DNA of 64,000 nucleotides from Camelus dromedarius (taxonomy: Eukaryota): contig NC_087436.1 of assembly GCF_036321535.1 (NCBI RefSeq), positions 112,780,001 through 112,844,000 of the forward strand, read 5' to 3'. Made by a program: the position numbers and the translations under genes. The first letter of the stretch is position 1; every line of letters begins with the position of its first letter. Below are positions 25,108 through 38,680 of the stretch, piece by piece. Below the pieces are notes generated by a model that was not told where the DNA came from, made no database searches, and saw only the letters and a program-made list of their open reading frames with translations.

Positions 25108-26110
25108 AGCCCACCTTGCTGTGTATTAGCAAAAACACTGGAACGTGGTGTTTGTTTTGTTTTGTTTTTCTCACACCTGGTTATTGTTGTTAATGGTGTG
25201 TTTTGCTTAATTTTTACTTTTTTTCCCCTGAAGTCCGTGGTTACTTGCAAAATAAAGGTCTTTTTTACCATGTAATTTTGAAGCTTAAGCCTCTGTTGCA
25301 AGGAATGAGAGGATTTTTTCAGACTGTCTTTGAAACCCTAGTACATCCATCAATCTAACAGTATTTGCCCTGGTGGAGGAATTTCCAGCTCTTAGATTGT
25401 CTTAACTTTGTTCTCTGAAGCTTTTAGACTGCTGGAATTAAAACCTGGAGTCTCTTAAATAATTAAGAAATTCATTTCTTTGGAGGTGGGGTAGAGTATT
25501 TATCCACAGTAATAACCAAATGGCTAGATTTTTTTCAAGCTGGATTCTCAGGGTATACATGGAGCTGGCACTCAGACACGAATAAACACTCAGAAATGTT
25601 CATCAAAAGCAGGAAGCAGCACTCTACACTGACTGAAGGTTCTATCTGGACCTAGCATTTATTTTCCTCCTCAGAGATTTTCACCTGGAAATAATAATTG
25701 TGGTTGTTCATTTCACTGCTTAGATTACAGAGAGCCAGTGAAGAATTAGTATATCAGTACATCAATGTTACAAATGCGTTTACTTCTTGACCACATTTCT
25801 AGGAACTTATCCTACAAATATCCCTGCCAACATAAGAAGTGATGAGAATACTAGATTACTCACTGGAACATTGTCAATAAGGGAAAATGAATACAAACAA
25901 ACCAAATGATGCTCCTAACAGGGAATGGGTTAAATAAATTATGAACATCTCTCCCATGGAATATTATGTAGCCATAAAAAATAGTGAGAAATCACTCTTT
26001 GTGTTGATACAAAGTAATCTCTAGGATATATTAGTAAGCATTAAAAAAGCAAGATACAAAGTATTGTGTGTTGAACACTCCCTTTTGTGTAAGAAAAAGT
26101 AGGAAGTGAA

Positions 26111-26267
26111 GGGGAAGGTATAGCTCAGTGGTAGAGTGCATGCTTAGCATGCATGAGGTCCTGGGTTCAAAGCCTAGTACCTCTGTTAACAAGTAAATAA
26201 ATAAACCTAATTGCTTTCCCCACCAAAAAACGAAAAAAAAAAAGAAAAAGAAAAAGAAAAAGAAAAA
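26111..26267 (+). mobile_element. tRNA-Ala-derived SINE (camelid Vic-1-like)
   Basis: ggggaaggtatagctcagtggtagagtgcatgcttagcatgcatgaggtcctgggttcaa carries Pol III A and B boxes. A-rich tail; TSD-like taggaagt on both sides. Confidence 0.88.
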
Positions 26268-27190
26268 TAGGAAGTAATAATATTTATTCATATGTGTTTG
26301 CATTTTCACAAAGAATGAAAATAGTTATCCGAGTGAAAGGTGGGGACAGAAGAGGTAACAAGGATGGGAGTGAGGTTGTTTATGTTGTTTTTATTTTTAT
26401 TTTTTTGTTTTTATTTTTGAACCATGTGTGTGTATTGCCTTTTCAGGAATAATATAAGAATCACCAAATATGATCTAAAACAAAAATAGCTGCTTATGTT
26501 ATAAGATGGACCATCGGGGCAGCTCTTAGTTCTCATCTTATCAGGCTTGCTTATCCAATCACCCTCCAGTTGAAATCAACATAATCAAGTGTGTACACAG
26601 CTGCATCCTTGTCATTTCACGTTTCACAGCCACACAGAGCGGATGACAACATCCTTCCTCTCAGCATTGACCCATCTGTGCCACCCTGGGGACCCTGAGA
26701 ACAGAGCTGGCAGACAGGAAGTGCTCTTAGAGAGGAGCCCTGGTAGGTAAGTGCATGACTAAAAGAAGACTGTTTGGAAATTCAGAAATCTTTCCAAGTT
26801 TTGCACACCCATTTCCCTGAGTCCTGTGATGCCAAAGTTCACAATGGGGTCACCGTAACCCCAGTCACCTCTCTTTCACTGTCTTCTGAAGTCTTCACTT
26901 GCTTTGCAGAACGTCAGCCTGTTTCAAAGGGTCTCAACGTCACCATCTCTGTGGGTCCTCGTGGTGGGCGTTTCATTTCTGGTCACAGAGGCTGCCCACA
27001 GCTCGCGGCTTCTGTCAGGATTTTCCCTTCCTGCTCAGTCCTCACTGGTGATGTGTACTGAAGAGCTTGAGTGCTGGACACCCCCACCTGGGCCTCCAGA
27101 TCCTCCACCCGCCTCCATTTGGCTCTCTGCCCCCATCCGGCCCCAGCAGGCTCTTCCAGAGGGAGGAAGGAGAGTGAGCTATTTATTTCC

Positions 27191-27570
27191 TGTCTTAGTC
27201 CATTCGGGCCACTATAACAAAATACAAAAACCGGGTAGCTTCTAAACAGCAGGAATGTCTTTCTCACAGTTCTGGAGGCTGGGATCCAAGATCCATGATG
27301 AAGTCCAAGATCAGGGCACGAGCGGGGCCATGTTTAGGTGAGGGATCTCTTTCTGATACACAGACTGCGCCTTCTCGCGGCAGCGTCCTGACGTGGTAGA
27401 AGAGCTGAGAGGTCTCTGTGGGGCCTCTTTCACAAGGCACCCGTCCCATTCATCAGACTCCACCCCCGTGGCATCAGCCCCTCCCAGCAGCCCCGCCTCC
27501 TAATCCCACCACCTTTGGGGGTTAGGATTTCAACAGGTGAATTGAGGGGCACACCTTCATTGAGAGCACA
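27191..27570 (-). mobile_element. MaLR (MLT1-like) solo LTR
   Basis: tgtcttagtccattcgggccactataacaaaatac...tctcacagttctggaggctggga...ggttaggatttcaac. Confidence 0.8.
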
Positions 27571-28044
27571 GCCATTTCCCCAGCTGGCTCCCTCCTTGCA
27601 GGCTTGTCTCACACCTACTGAGTTCATGGACAGAAGGTCACTGCTCCTTTCAAGGTGACCTCTCCATGGGACTCTTCCCTTCCAGATTCTGGTAGCCACT
27701 TCATCCACTGGTCCTTCAGGCCTTGGTGTTTCTGCACACTATCGATACCTTGGTCAATGGTCCTTTATTAAACCCTCCTCAAATTATCCAAACTTGAATG
27801 TGTTATCCAGGTCCTCCTAGGACCCTGACTGATGTTGACTGTCTGAAAGGCAGTATGGGTTTGTCCCATCATTGCCTGCAGTGACCACTTTCGCTAGGAA
27901 CCTACACCTGGGCCGTGGCTGGGTCGCTCTTTGGTAGCTGGACACCCCTCACCCCCGCCACCAGTTCGTGGCTCTGTGTCTCACACTGCCTTCTCTCCCT
28001 AAGGCTCTCCCTAACAGAGAGCGATGCTATTAAATAATGACACA

Positions 28045-28540
28045 ACTCAGCCATAAAAAAAAGAATCAAATAATGCCATTTGCGCCAACATGGATGGACC
28101 TAGAGACAGTCATTCTAAGTGAAGTAAGTCAGAAAGAGAAAGAATAGCATAGGATATCACTCATATGTGGAATCAAAAGAAAAAAGCGAAAAAGAAGACA
28201 CCAATGAACTCATCTACAAAACAGAAGCAGACTTGCAGACATAGTAAATAAGCTTTTGGTTACCAGGGGAAAGAGGGTGGGAAGGGATAAATTTGGGAGT
28301 TTGAGATTTGCAAATGTTAGCCACTACATATAAAAACAGATTTAAAAAAAAAATTTCTTCTGTGTAGCACAGGGAACTATATTCAATATCTTGTAATAAC
28401 CTTTAATAAAAAAGAATATGAAAACGAATATATATGTGTATATGCATGACTGTATGGACATTGTGCTGTACACCAGAAGCTGACACATTGTAACTGACTG
28501 TACTTCAATATAAATAAATAAATAGATAACTAAATAAATA
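28045..28540 (+). mobile_element. 5'-truncated L1 3' end
   Basis: Same 3'UTR family as 8682 and 22936, with a TAAA-repeat tail. Confidence 0.88.
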
Positions 28541-30689
28541 GTGGCACCGGGACAAAGGACACCACTTGGCACTGTCAGGGACCCACCAGGATGGTTGGTG
28601 TCTACACACACACAAGTGCACACACTCAGACACAACCAATCCCCTCTATAGATATAATGATGACCTTCTAAGTCTTCTCACTTTCCAGAATTCCTCTGTT
28701 ATCTGATAACCCCTTCCACAAGGGACTTCCAAAAACCCTGTGCCATCAATCCAGATCTATTTGACCCCAGGGACAAACACAGCTTTGACAGAAGTTCGAA
28801 CACATGTAATGTGACATTTTAGAGGAATACAGTGTTGTGTATCTTGGATATGACATTATTTCACAGCCATAGAGGTGGAGAGTCACCCATTCCCAGATGA
28901 AACTCCACCAGGATAGCACTTCACCTTCTTAGTGATTTATATTTAATTTACATCCTCAACCAGTCTTTGGAGGCGTCGGTAAACTGTGGCTAGAGGGCTC
29001 TTTTCAATAGGCCTCTGGTGGCTTTCCATCACATTCAGAGAAAAGTCTGCAAAATGGCCTACAAGACCCAACCTGACCTGGCCTCTTCCCCTCCCTCACA
29101 CTGATCCTGCTGTCCTGGCCTCCTTGCGTTTCCTTGAATAGTTCAAACATGAGGCCACCACAGGACCTTTGCTCCTGCTGTTCCTTCTACCTGAAAGGTT
29201 CCTTCTGCAGAGATCAGCTTGGCTTAATCCCTTCACTTCTTCAAATCTTTGTTCAGCTATCATCTGCTGAGGGAGATTTTCCAGCCCTTCCTACGTAACA
29301 CCATAGCCCCCGGCCCAGCACTTTCTGTCACCCTTCCCTGCTCTATTCTTCTTCATAGCATGGATCACCTTCTCAAATACAATTTACTTCTTCATACAGA
29401 CTACTTGCTGTTTGTCTCCCCCACCTACTAGAATGTGCACTGCGAGAAGACGTGCATGTGTGTCTGCTCACTGCAGACTTACAACAGGGGTTGGAACCTA
29501 CAGACACGCAGTAGTACTTGTGGAATGAGTTAAGGACAGGCACACACAGCAGCCATCCCCCTGGGAGAAGTGTTTCAATCTCCAGTAGTTCCCCATCGCT
29601 GTAGGGGCAAAACTAAAGCTTTTTTAGCATATTTGGCAGCAATTCATACTCTGATCTTACACAAGCCACCCTCCCCCATCACCATGAGTTGCTGTAAGAT
29701 AGGAACTAGTATGATATGTGAAAAATGAGAAATCCTGGGTTTTCTGTGTTGTGCTAAGAAAAGAGAAGCCAGGGCAGACGTGCAACATGCCAAAGGGGAA
29801 GGTGAGTGCCAGGTCTGTGGGTGATGTGGTTTGCTCAGCACCCTCCCTTCCCCAACCAGCACGACCTTTCTTCTGAAGGTTGCTTCTTTTTTCTAAATAG
29901 AAGATACTTCCTGAATGAGTGAGAGGAAGCATCCCAGATGGAAATAAAAAGAGTTGAATGAGTACATTTAGGAGAACTGATGATCAGTGGATCTTGGAGA
30001 GAATGAAAGAGAGTTCTTCCAGATGTCACTGGTGTCAAAGGAAAACCAGAACCAGACAGAATTTAAAACAATGATGGCTATATTTTTTAAGGAACTATTA
30101 TAATAGGGGAAGAGAGACCTTGGTAGAGAGTTGGCTCCAGTCTGTATGAACATGGACAAGTGGGGACTTACAGCCAAGGCACAGGGTGGAGGGGGTAGAA
30201 AATTACCAACAGGAGACATCAATAATAAGCAGGGATTCTGGCTAAACTGACTTCAGGGGTTTTGCTAAAGGCAGATGCAGAGGAGGAAAAATAATTTTCC
30301 TTCTGCCCCTTCAATTTCTTGGTGGAGGTCCTGTAATAAAAGACAGAGAATAACAGATTTATTAACATATATATCCCTCATGTATACATGGGAGATGCCT
30401 AGAAGAAAATAAGTAACTCCCTGAAGTGGCTTAGAATTCAGGATTAAATTCCTTCTTAATAGGTAAAGGGGAGTGGGGGAGAAAAGTATGGGAAGCTACC
30501 AGGAAAAACATGGTAAGTAAGGGCAAGAAGTGTTGTGCAGGTTTAAGTCAATACTTTCTCCATTGATAAGATAGTCTTGTGATTTTGTTTTCAGCTATGG
30601 TGAGGTATAAAACTGACAAATTGCAAATATTTAAAGTGTACAATCTGACAGTTTGATACTCCTATACGTAGTACAGGATGCCCCCTCGT

Positions 30690-31800
30690 CGAGTTGCTTT
30701 CTGCACCACCGATGTGCTAAAGGAAGAAAATGACAGAATCAGGTCAGCCAGCTATCAACTTGGGCATGATGTGAGGCTGGAAGACCTCTATGGTGCATTT
30801 AAGGAGACCCTCATCTCCTGTAGCCAAAGGGCAGACTGTGCTAACATCATTCGAGCGAGCATCTTCACTGTGAGCAGAGCAGAGTGACAGGAGATCTGAA
30901 TTCACAGCCCTGGTAGGTCTCCTTCCCTTCTAGGGAAGAACTGGGACCCTGAGACTTAGGATGGGGATCTCTTTCTACACGTGATTGAAAAACCTTGAAC
31001 CCCCAGAGTTCGTAGGGCTGGCTTTCACCCCAATGGAGAACAGCAACTCCCTTTGCCTGGAGACCTGCTCAGTCTTCACATTGCCAGGCGATGGTTGCCC
31101 TCTTCAGGACCTGCCTCCCTTCGTTGCTCTATAACTGGGTTCACACATGAGCACCATGCACGTGCAGAAAGGCTCTGACTTGTTTAGAAATGGGATTTTT
31201 AACTAAAATAATTATAGTATCTGCCTAATTTATATGCCTGGAACTGGAAGAGCATGTCTGAGAATGGTACTGGACTGGAGATGGTGGTATGGAACATCCA
31301 AAGCTAGATAAGAAGGAGTGTATTGACAAGGAGCAATCTCCCGTAACTCAAAATTTAACCATCTGGCAAGGACACCTAGAGCCAGTCCTAGTGACACTGT
31401 TGGAATAGTTCATTGAAAGGCCTTGATTGTCTAAACATTCTGCATAACATCAGTCTGGCCCCTTGTATTGATATCATGTTAGTTAAAACTAGTAGTCGTG
31501 AAGTAGCAAGTTTCCTAGATGCCCCGGTAAAACACATGCAGGCTAGAATGTGAGAGATAAACCAACCCTACAAAGGTTCAAGAGTAAAGTTAAAGTGAGC
31601 CAGGGGTCTGGGGCACGCCAAGACATCCCCTCCAAAATAAAGAACATGTTATTACATCTTGTACCTTGTACCTCCCACTGCTGTGAGAGAAGTATGGCCC
31701 TTGGAAGACTTCACTGGATTTTTAGGACAGCGCAAACCACACTTGGGAATATGGCTCTGATCCATTAATTGTGTAACTCAGAAGACTTTTGATTTTTAAT
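30690..31800 (+). mobile_element. Degenerate ERVL/MaLR internal region (gag/pol relic)
   Basis: 31610-31790 resembles ERVL RT in broken frames (DIPSKIKNMLLHL...GFLGQRKPHLGIWL*SI versus LHLAPP...GFWRQHIPHLGILLRPI). Confidence 0.65.
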
Positions 31801-32036
31801 GTCTCCAAGAACAAGAGGGCATTGGAGGGGTGGAAAATTTGCCAGTCATCCCTTTTAGTTTCGTTGGCCGGTCTAATAATTCAATTGACATAAACTAGAT
31901 TAACAGGAGAAAAGCAAATTTAATTTCATACATATAGGAGCCGCATAAAATTATGAAACTCAAAGAAGTGATCAAAGAAGAAAGCTTTTATACCTTTTAG
32001 ATAGAGGCAGTAAATAAAATAAAATGCACATAAAAA

Positions 32037-32148
32037 GGTGGGTGTAGAGCTCAGTGGTAGAGTATATGCTTAGTATGCATCAGGTGCTCGGTTCAATCCC
32101 CAGTACCTCCATTAAAAAAACAAACAAACAAACTCAAATAAAATAAAA
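32037..32148 (+). mobile_element. tRNA-Ala-derived SINE (Vic-1-like) inside an LTR-like repeat
   Basis: ggtgtagagctcagtggtagagtatatgcttagtatgcatcaggtgctcggttcaatccccagtacctcc plus an A-rich tail. Flanked by 18-bp repeats at 31998-32015 and 32149-32166. Confidence 0.88.
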
Positions 32149-32479
32149 TAGACAGAGGCAGTAAATTTGGGAAGAACTAACAAGAAAAAGGGGTTTGGGC
32201 TTAGGGCAGTAAACTAGTGAAGAAGTAGCAGGGTTTGTTTATACAGCCTCCTTGTCCCAAATTTCCTGGAACAGAGAGGGTACATTTCACATGAGTGATT
32301 AAACTCCTGCTTACAGAGGACCATCAGAGTGTCCTTCTTATACTGGCTGTTTCTCAAGTAACTTTAATTCAAAATAATTGCGCCAAAGCAGAATATTTTT
32401 AAGATGGAGCTGCAGAGAGGTCCTGGATCTTCTTTGACATTCATCCATATGACCCCAAAGAAATCACAGTTCTGGAGGA

Positions 32480-33440
32480 AGGGCCGGCTACATAATCTGT
32501 GGAGCCGAGTACAAAATATCTAAAAAATAGGGAGAAAAGTGCAGCTAAATTTACTAAAATATAAACTATTTTCCTTTAAAAATATTTTATTACTTACAAA
32601 ATATGACGGTTATGAATAATAACATAAACTTACAAATTGCAAGAATATAGTACTTTGATGCCATAGTTTTACATAACACAATATATAATATACAATTTTA
32701 TGTAATACAATAAATAATAATACTTTATTAATGTGATATCTTAATTGATCATAAGATTTTTCTGGTTCACCTTTCTGCAAATTCATGTGTCAAGTCATCA
32801 AAGTTCATATCTTTAGAAACTTCAATCAATTTGATTGAAGCTTGTCACTCACTCTTTGCAAATTCAAGATCACAAATAATTCTAAGTTTTGAAAAGGATT
32901 TTCTGCTGATATCTCTGTTACTGGAGCTAAAATGTCTTTTATAGGCTTTGACAGCAATGGAATAAATAATGACAGTTTATTTCATAGAGTAAGTTTTAGT
33001 ACATGTAGAACTGATAATTTGCAGAGTAATTTTTCTAAAAAGATTAAACTCTTCTCACAAGTCAGTCTGGTAAGTCTGAGTTTGGTTTTATGGCATTTTG
33101 ACATTTCCTCTGATATTTTCCGTAACTTGTAGAGGTTGTGCATCAAGCCAGAAGTAGCTTCATGATTTTCACATAATTCAAAAGTCTTCTTTATTCATTC
33201 TTTCACAGTTTCTTAAAAAGAAAAAAATTAATTTTAAAATGGTTCCTTGTTAATACTGGCTCATCTGAAACTTCACATGAACATACCACTTCTTTTCTGT
33301 CCATTGCAGCAAATTTTAAATTTCATTTTATCTCTAAGTCTGTGGGTATCTGCTTTGGAGTGCTGCAGCCATTTTCAAAACCAGAGATTCTAAATTCTTT
33401 GAAAAATTCCAGTAGCTCCCTGATGTGCTTTGTTGTTATG
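32480..33440 (-). mobile_element. hAT (Tip100/Zaphod-like) transposon relic with transposase C-terminal remnant
   Basis: End sequence agggccggctacataat. Minus strand near 32880-32935 reads ILAPVTEISAENPFQNLEL, a frameshifted match to the hAT dimerisation motif LPVTxASAERSFSKL. Confidence 0.65.
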
Positions 33441-33674
33441 TCCATGTGTGCACTTTGTTTTGTGATAATTTACTGATGTTATTTACTATTGGCAATTTCT
33501 GTCACAGACCGCAAGCCAGAGAGTTAATATTTGTGCAGGTGACACAAGCACAGGCTTGGGGACACAGGGCAAGTGCTGCTGCACAGCTGCCGTCACCATC
33601 CCATCTCTACGTCTTTACTCGGCCGCCACTACAGTGCAGGCCAGGTGTCCTCATGGGAGCAGCCCTCAACCCAC

Positions 33675-34220
33675 TGTTACAGAAAAATGGGGAGCCTGAG
33701 AGGATGGTCGTGTCCCAGGTCTCAGGTGAGTCCTTGGGGTACACCCTGCCAAGAGGGGGTTCTTAGCTTTGCACAGGAAACAATTCAAGAGTGAGTCACA
33801 GTTGAGTAAAGGTAGATTTATTTAGAGAGATACATACTCTACAGAGTGGAGCCATCTCAGAAGGCCAGAGATAGATGCCCCAGGGTGTGGGGCTGTTAGT
33901 TTTTATGAGCTGGGTAATTTCATAGGCGTTAACAATGGGAGGATTATTCCAACTACTTTAGGGAAAGGGCTGGGATTTCCAGGAATTTGGCAACCATCCA
34001 GTTTTTGGCCTTTTATGGTCAGTCTCCCAAGTGTCATGGAACCTGCAGGCATGTCATGAGTATGCTAATTTATTACAATGAAAGAATAATGAGGCTCAAG
34101 TTCTTACTGGAATTCTAATCTTCCACCATCTTGGGCTTAGTAGGTTCTAACCAGTTTTTGTCGTGTCCTTAATGGTTATGTCATTCTTTTAATGGTTGCG
34201 CCCTGCCCCCATCCCTCCAG
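33675..34220 (-). mobile_element. Solo LTR (ERV1-like)
   Basis: Starts tgttacaga, with an internal tttatt (reverse AATAAA) near 33817 and LTR-like content. Right boundary approximate. Confidence 0.6.
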
Positions 34221-34776
34221 TGTCACCATAACCAATGGGTAGAAAAATATCTCAACCTCCTCCTGTCTCAGGTGCAAAAACTCTGAAGTATGTTCTACAC
34301 TGCCTCCAAGATTAAACTCCAGATGCCTCACTCGACAACCCCAGATTGGCTTCCTGCCTTCCTGCCTCACTTCCCACTCCCTCACCAGCAACTCTTGAGA
34401 TCATCTCTCAAGTCAAACACCTGGACTTATTTTCTGTCGTGGGGCCTGCTTTTAGGAAAGTCAGAACAACTTGTAAGTCATTAAGTCAGTCAACTTATTC
34501 TGGCCTGAGTAATAAAAGGGATTCCTTAATTTTCAAGTTCTCAGAGGAAAACAGCTCAGCAAAAGCCTGGGGGCTCTCTTTTAGAGCCTCTCCTCCTTCC
34601 ACCTGAGAAACTGGTTGTCTCTGTGACAGCAGAGCTGAGGATGCTAGAAGAAAATGTACTACTATTTGTTTGTATCATGTATCAGTGAAGGAAGAAGACA
34701 GTGGAGCCATCATGCCCCAACTGGATTGACATGACTCTCCCAGTGTGGCAACTGGGACGGGGGCTACTGACTTCCT

Positions 34777-35105
34777 CAGGTCAGTGAGCATTTTCTGTAA
34801 CACGCTCAATAGTAAGTACTTTCAATTTTGCGAACAGTACAAGCACTGAGGTAACTACTCAGTTCTGCTGCTGCAGCTCAGAAACAGCCAAAGATGACAC
34901 ACAAATGAATGAGCTTGGCAAGGTTCCAACCAAGCTTTCTTTATGGAAACTGAACTTTGAATTTCATGTAATTTCCACATCATGAAATACTGTTCTTCTT
35001 TTGCTTTTTTTCCAACTATTTAAAAGTATAAACCCCCCTCGTGGCTTTTGGGTTGTACAAAAGCAAGTGATGGGTCAAATGTGGCCCCTGTGGGCCATTG
35101 ATACG
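34777..35105. mobile_element. MER58-like hAT-Charlie MITE
   Basis: ttttctgtaa...atagtaagtactttc...actactcagttctgctgctgcagc...aaatgaatgagcttggc...tggcccctgtgggcc. Confidence 0.7.
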
Positions 35106-36525
35106 TATTCTTAATAATGGTGTTAATTATAGCTTCCCCCACCCCTGTCACACATACAAACAAAAACACAGACACACACACATACACATACAGACATACA
35201 CAACTTTGGGGGAAAACATACAAACACACACACATACATATACACACAGACACACACATCTTTGGGGGCAAAATATATTCCTAAAATTCTAAGTGATTTG
35301 ATATATACACATTTCTTATTATTGGGACATATTTTGAGATAGACTCTACCAAGAAAACACAAAAACATAAGATTATAAATAATGAAGAATTGTGTTGAAA
35401 TTAGCGCAGCTCAGACTCTGCCACCTGCCTCACTGGTTATTAATGTGGATATTCAGAACCCTGGCTAGGTCTTAAAAAGGCAGCTTCCCAGTCTCAACAA
35501 TAGCTGAACCCTGTTCTCCAGGGCAGAGCTTGAGTTCGCCCTTTTCCTTGGCGCCAGAAGTCTCCTGTGAAGTGTAAAGTTGAGCCCTGTGCTTCAGAAG
35601 CCTGTTAATTAAGTTCCAGCAACTGCAAAGTCTTCAGTGAAGTTTCATTTTCATGAGTTCCACTTTCAGGCACTGAAGAATTTTGGAAAAACAAAATAAA
35701 TGGAAGAATAGCATTCAGGACTGGTCCAGCTCTGTTTTGGACTGTCCTACATGGAGCAGTGCCATGAATACTTCTCTAAGTGACCCTATTTATTCACCCA
35801 CATCTACTTACCACCCTTGCAAACCACAAATTTTATTATCTCATGGAAGAAGAAATCAAGGTAGCTGGTTTTCACTTCATCACATGTCTCCCTCTACACC
35901 TTACTTTTGACATCTTCATTGCTGGATTGGTTTACTAAGGCAGCCATAACAAAATATGAACTGGGGAGGAACACAGTTCAGTGTCTAACATTTGTGTTCA
36001 AGGGGAATGTCAGACATGCAACCAATCAGCCGCCCAAGATGTGATCATTCCCATTCCACATGTCTGAAGACCATCAGAAGAGGGTCGCCATGTTTTTTGA
36101 TCAAAGTCCTGGGCCTTCCAATATATTTTTTAAATTGATCAATATTCAGGAATGTTTTTAGGATTTTTTTCTAACTCTTTTTCTCCTTTTTCATTTACCA
36201 GCATCATCAGATGCCTCAGAACCCAGGTCCTCCCTGTTTAACATCTCCTCAGTCTCTGATCTTTGCGCACGCCGCTCCACTACGTTAATACATACACCAG
36301 ACAGACTGGATGCCTTCACAAGGAAGGGCTCATAGACTTTATACTTTTTCCCAAAGATTTGAAATTCCTTTTCAAGTTGGGCTTCTATTTTGTCCTGCTG
36401 CTTCTGAAGTTTGAGGGGGGCATTGACATGGACCGAACTCAGCCAGGACCCATGGAGATTTTGGCCTCCTTTCTGTGGGAGTCAAAGGCATTTGTGTCTT
36501 CAGACTTGCTAAGCTGTCAGTATCT

Positions 36526-36984
36526 TGTGAAAATTAATTAAAGGGAACCTCGCTAAAATGGAGTCGGGAAGTCCGGAGGGGAAGCTCTCACACAGGAACC
36601 ACTCTAAGTCAGTACAGGTGTCAACAGGAAGAGACGTACTCACATCTCCTGCAGGAAGAGTCACCACTTTACTACCGCCAGCAGGAGGAAGGACATTTTT
36701 CTCCTTGCCTGGCGACAGACAGTTCAGCCAATGGGAGACTGTCGCAACTCAGCCAATGGAAAGCCACCCTACTTCAAAGTCCCAGTTTCCTCCAACAGAC
36801 TTTTTGTTTCTAATGGAATCTCCCAGCTTCTGCTTCTCCTCTATAAAAGAGTTTCCTCTCCTTTGCTTTACTGGACTTGCATGCTGTTGCCATAGCGGCA
36901 TGACCTGAATTGCAACTCGACTGCTCCCAAATAAACCCATTTCACAGGTAAAATAATTGCCTGTTTTGTTGTTTTAGGTTAACC
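36526..36984 (+). mobile_element. Solo LTR, family B
   Basis: tgtgaaaattaattaaagggaacctc...aaaatggagtc, TATAAA near 36842, AATAAA near 36930. Homologous to 48009-48463. Confidence 0.8.
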
Positions 36985-37828
36985 TTCACTGTCTTGGCTT
37001 CTACCATTTCCTCTTCAGTTTCTGAAAGTCCCTTGTTATCACGTACGTCCTGCTAGAGGGAAAATGACCAACTTTTAGGGTGGCTACCTTGGAGACACAG
37101 AACAGGAGAAAGGCCAGAGCTCGGGTCCCCCATGTGCCTGCCCAGTTCTCTCTGTCGTGGTCTGGGGCCTTTGACGAGCATTTCATTTGTGGTCAAATGT
37201 CTGTCATGTTCAGTCCCTCAGCAGATACACAGCGAGTACCCACCAAGTACCAGACGTGGTGCTGGCGCTGCCTATGTCAGATCATGAAGAAACAGGTGTG
37301 TCAGTGCTTCTGCGGAGGCTGGCTACCGCCCTCGCCGCCCCGACCAGGAGGAACTCTCAGAGGTGCTGAACTTGTGTGATCTCAGCCGCATAATGAAAGC
37401 TCTCAACCTCTCTGGTTTCTCCTCTGCAAAACAGGATGCAATCAAACTAACCTCACGGGGCAGGTGAGAACTAAAAAAGGTGTGCGTGAAAGCGCTCGGC
37501 ACAATGCCTGCTGCACAGTCACCCCTTGACCTGCACTAGAAAGTACTGTGGTAGTAGACAGAGGTTAGATAATAATCAAAAACTCCAATAGTAGTAACAA
37601 TACCAGCAACAAATACTTACGCAGGCCTCACTTCCCACCTGCCCGGCACTGTCGTGGGTCCTTTACCACCTGGACTTACTCCATTCTGAGTGCTCGTAAT
37701 CCCTATTTACAACAAGGCGATGCAACTCAGAGACAGCGTGGTCTGCCCAGGGCCACACAACTAGTAAGTGACGAAGGCAGACGGGCCAGACTTAACAGAA
37801 CCTGCCCTTAACCACAATGCTCCCCTCT

Positions 37829-38680
37829 GATACTGCAGTTCAAAATAAGAAATGTATGTTTGGTCTTCATCCCTGTACCTGGCACAGAGCTCTTAAAACC
37901 CTTGGAATTTCCAATGTGAGGAGAGCAGTCAAGTTGTCTTTTGTGATGTTAATGAGTGACTTTCAGAAAGCCCATAGGTCAGAAAGAGGGCTGGTTTCCA
38001 AGGGAACCTCATGACTAGAGGATTGGAACTTTCCATTTCACCTCCCCCACCCCCACCTCCAGGGAGGGGAGAGGGGCAGGAGTTTGAGTTTAGTCATTAG
38101 TGGCCAATGATTCAATCAACCATGCCTCTGTAAGGAACCCACTAAAAAACCCAAAGGACAGCATCCAGATTGCTGCAGAGCTGGAGGTACCGGGAGTGGT
38201 GCTTGGAAAGGGCGTGGAAGCTCTGGGCCCTCTCCCTGTACCTTGTCCCCTGCATCTTTTCCATCTGGCTGTTCCTGAGTTACACCCTTTGTATTAAATG
38301 GTAATCCAGTGAGTAAACAGGTTTCCTGAGTCCTGTGAGCCACTTGGCAAATTAATCAAACACAAAGAGGAGATGATGGGAACCTCTGATCAATACTGGT
38401 CCCAGTGACACCCTGGACTGATGACTGGCATCTGAAGGGGCTTTGGTGGGGACAGCCTTGTAGGACTGAGCCCTTAACCTGTGGGAGCTGATGCTGTCTC
38501 CAGGAAAGACAGCGTCTGGGTTGTGTTGAATTGTAGGACACTCTGCTGGTGTCGGAGAATTGCCTATTATGGGAAGAAACTCACGTATCTGGTAACCAGA
38601 AGTGTCAGATGTGAAATGCTCTGTGTGGGGAGCAAGGGGGAAGCTCAGGAGTAGTGTGCATTTTTTTCTTTCTATTCCCC
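37829..38680 (+). mobile_element. MER21-like solo LTR
   Basis: Recalled MER21 motifs: ggccaatgattcaatcaaccatgcct, ttccatctggctgttcctgagttac, ggactgagcccttaacctgtggga. Confidence 0.7.

Noticed and set aside
26111..26184. tRNA-Ala gene (also 32037-32110)
   Set aside because: Mismatched stems, A-rich tails and target-site duplications indicate SINE copies.
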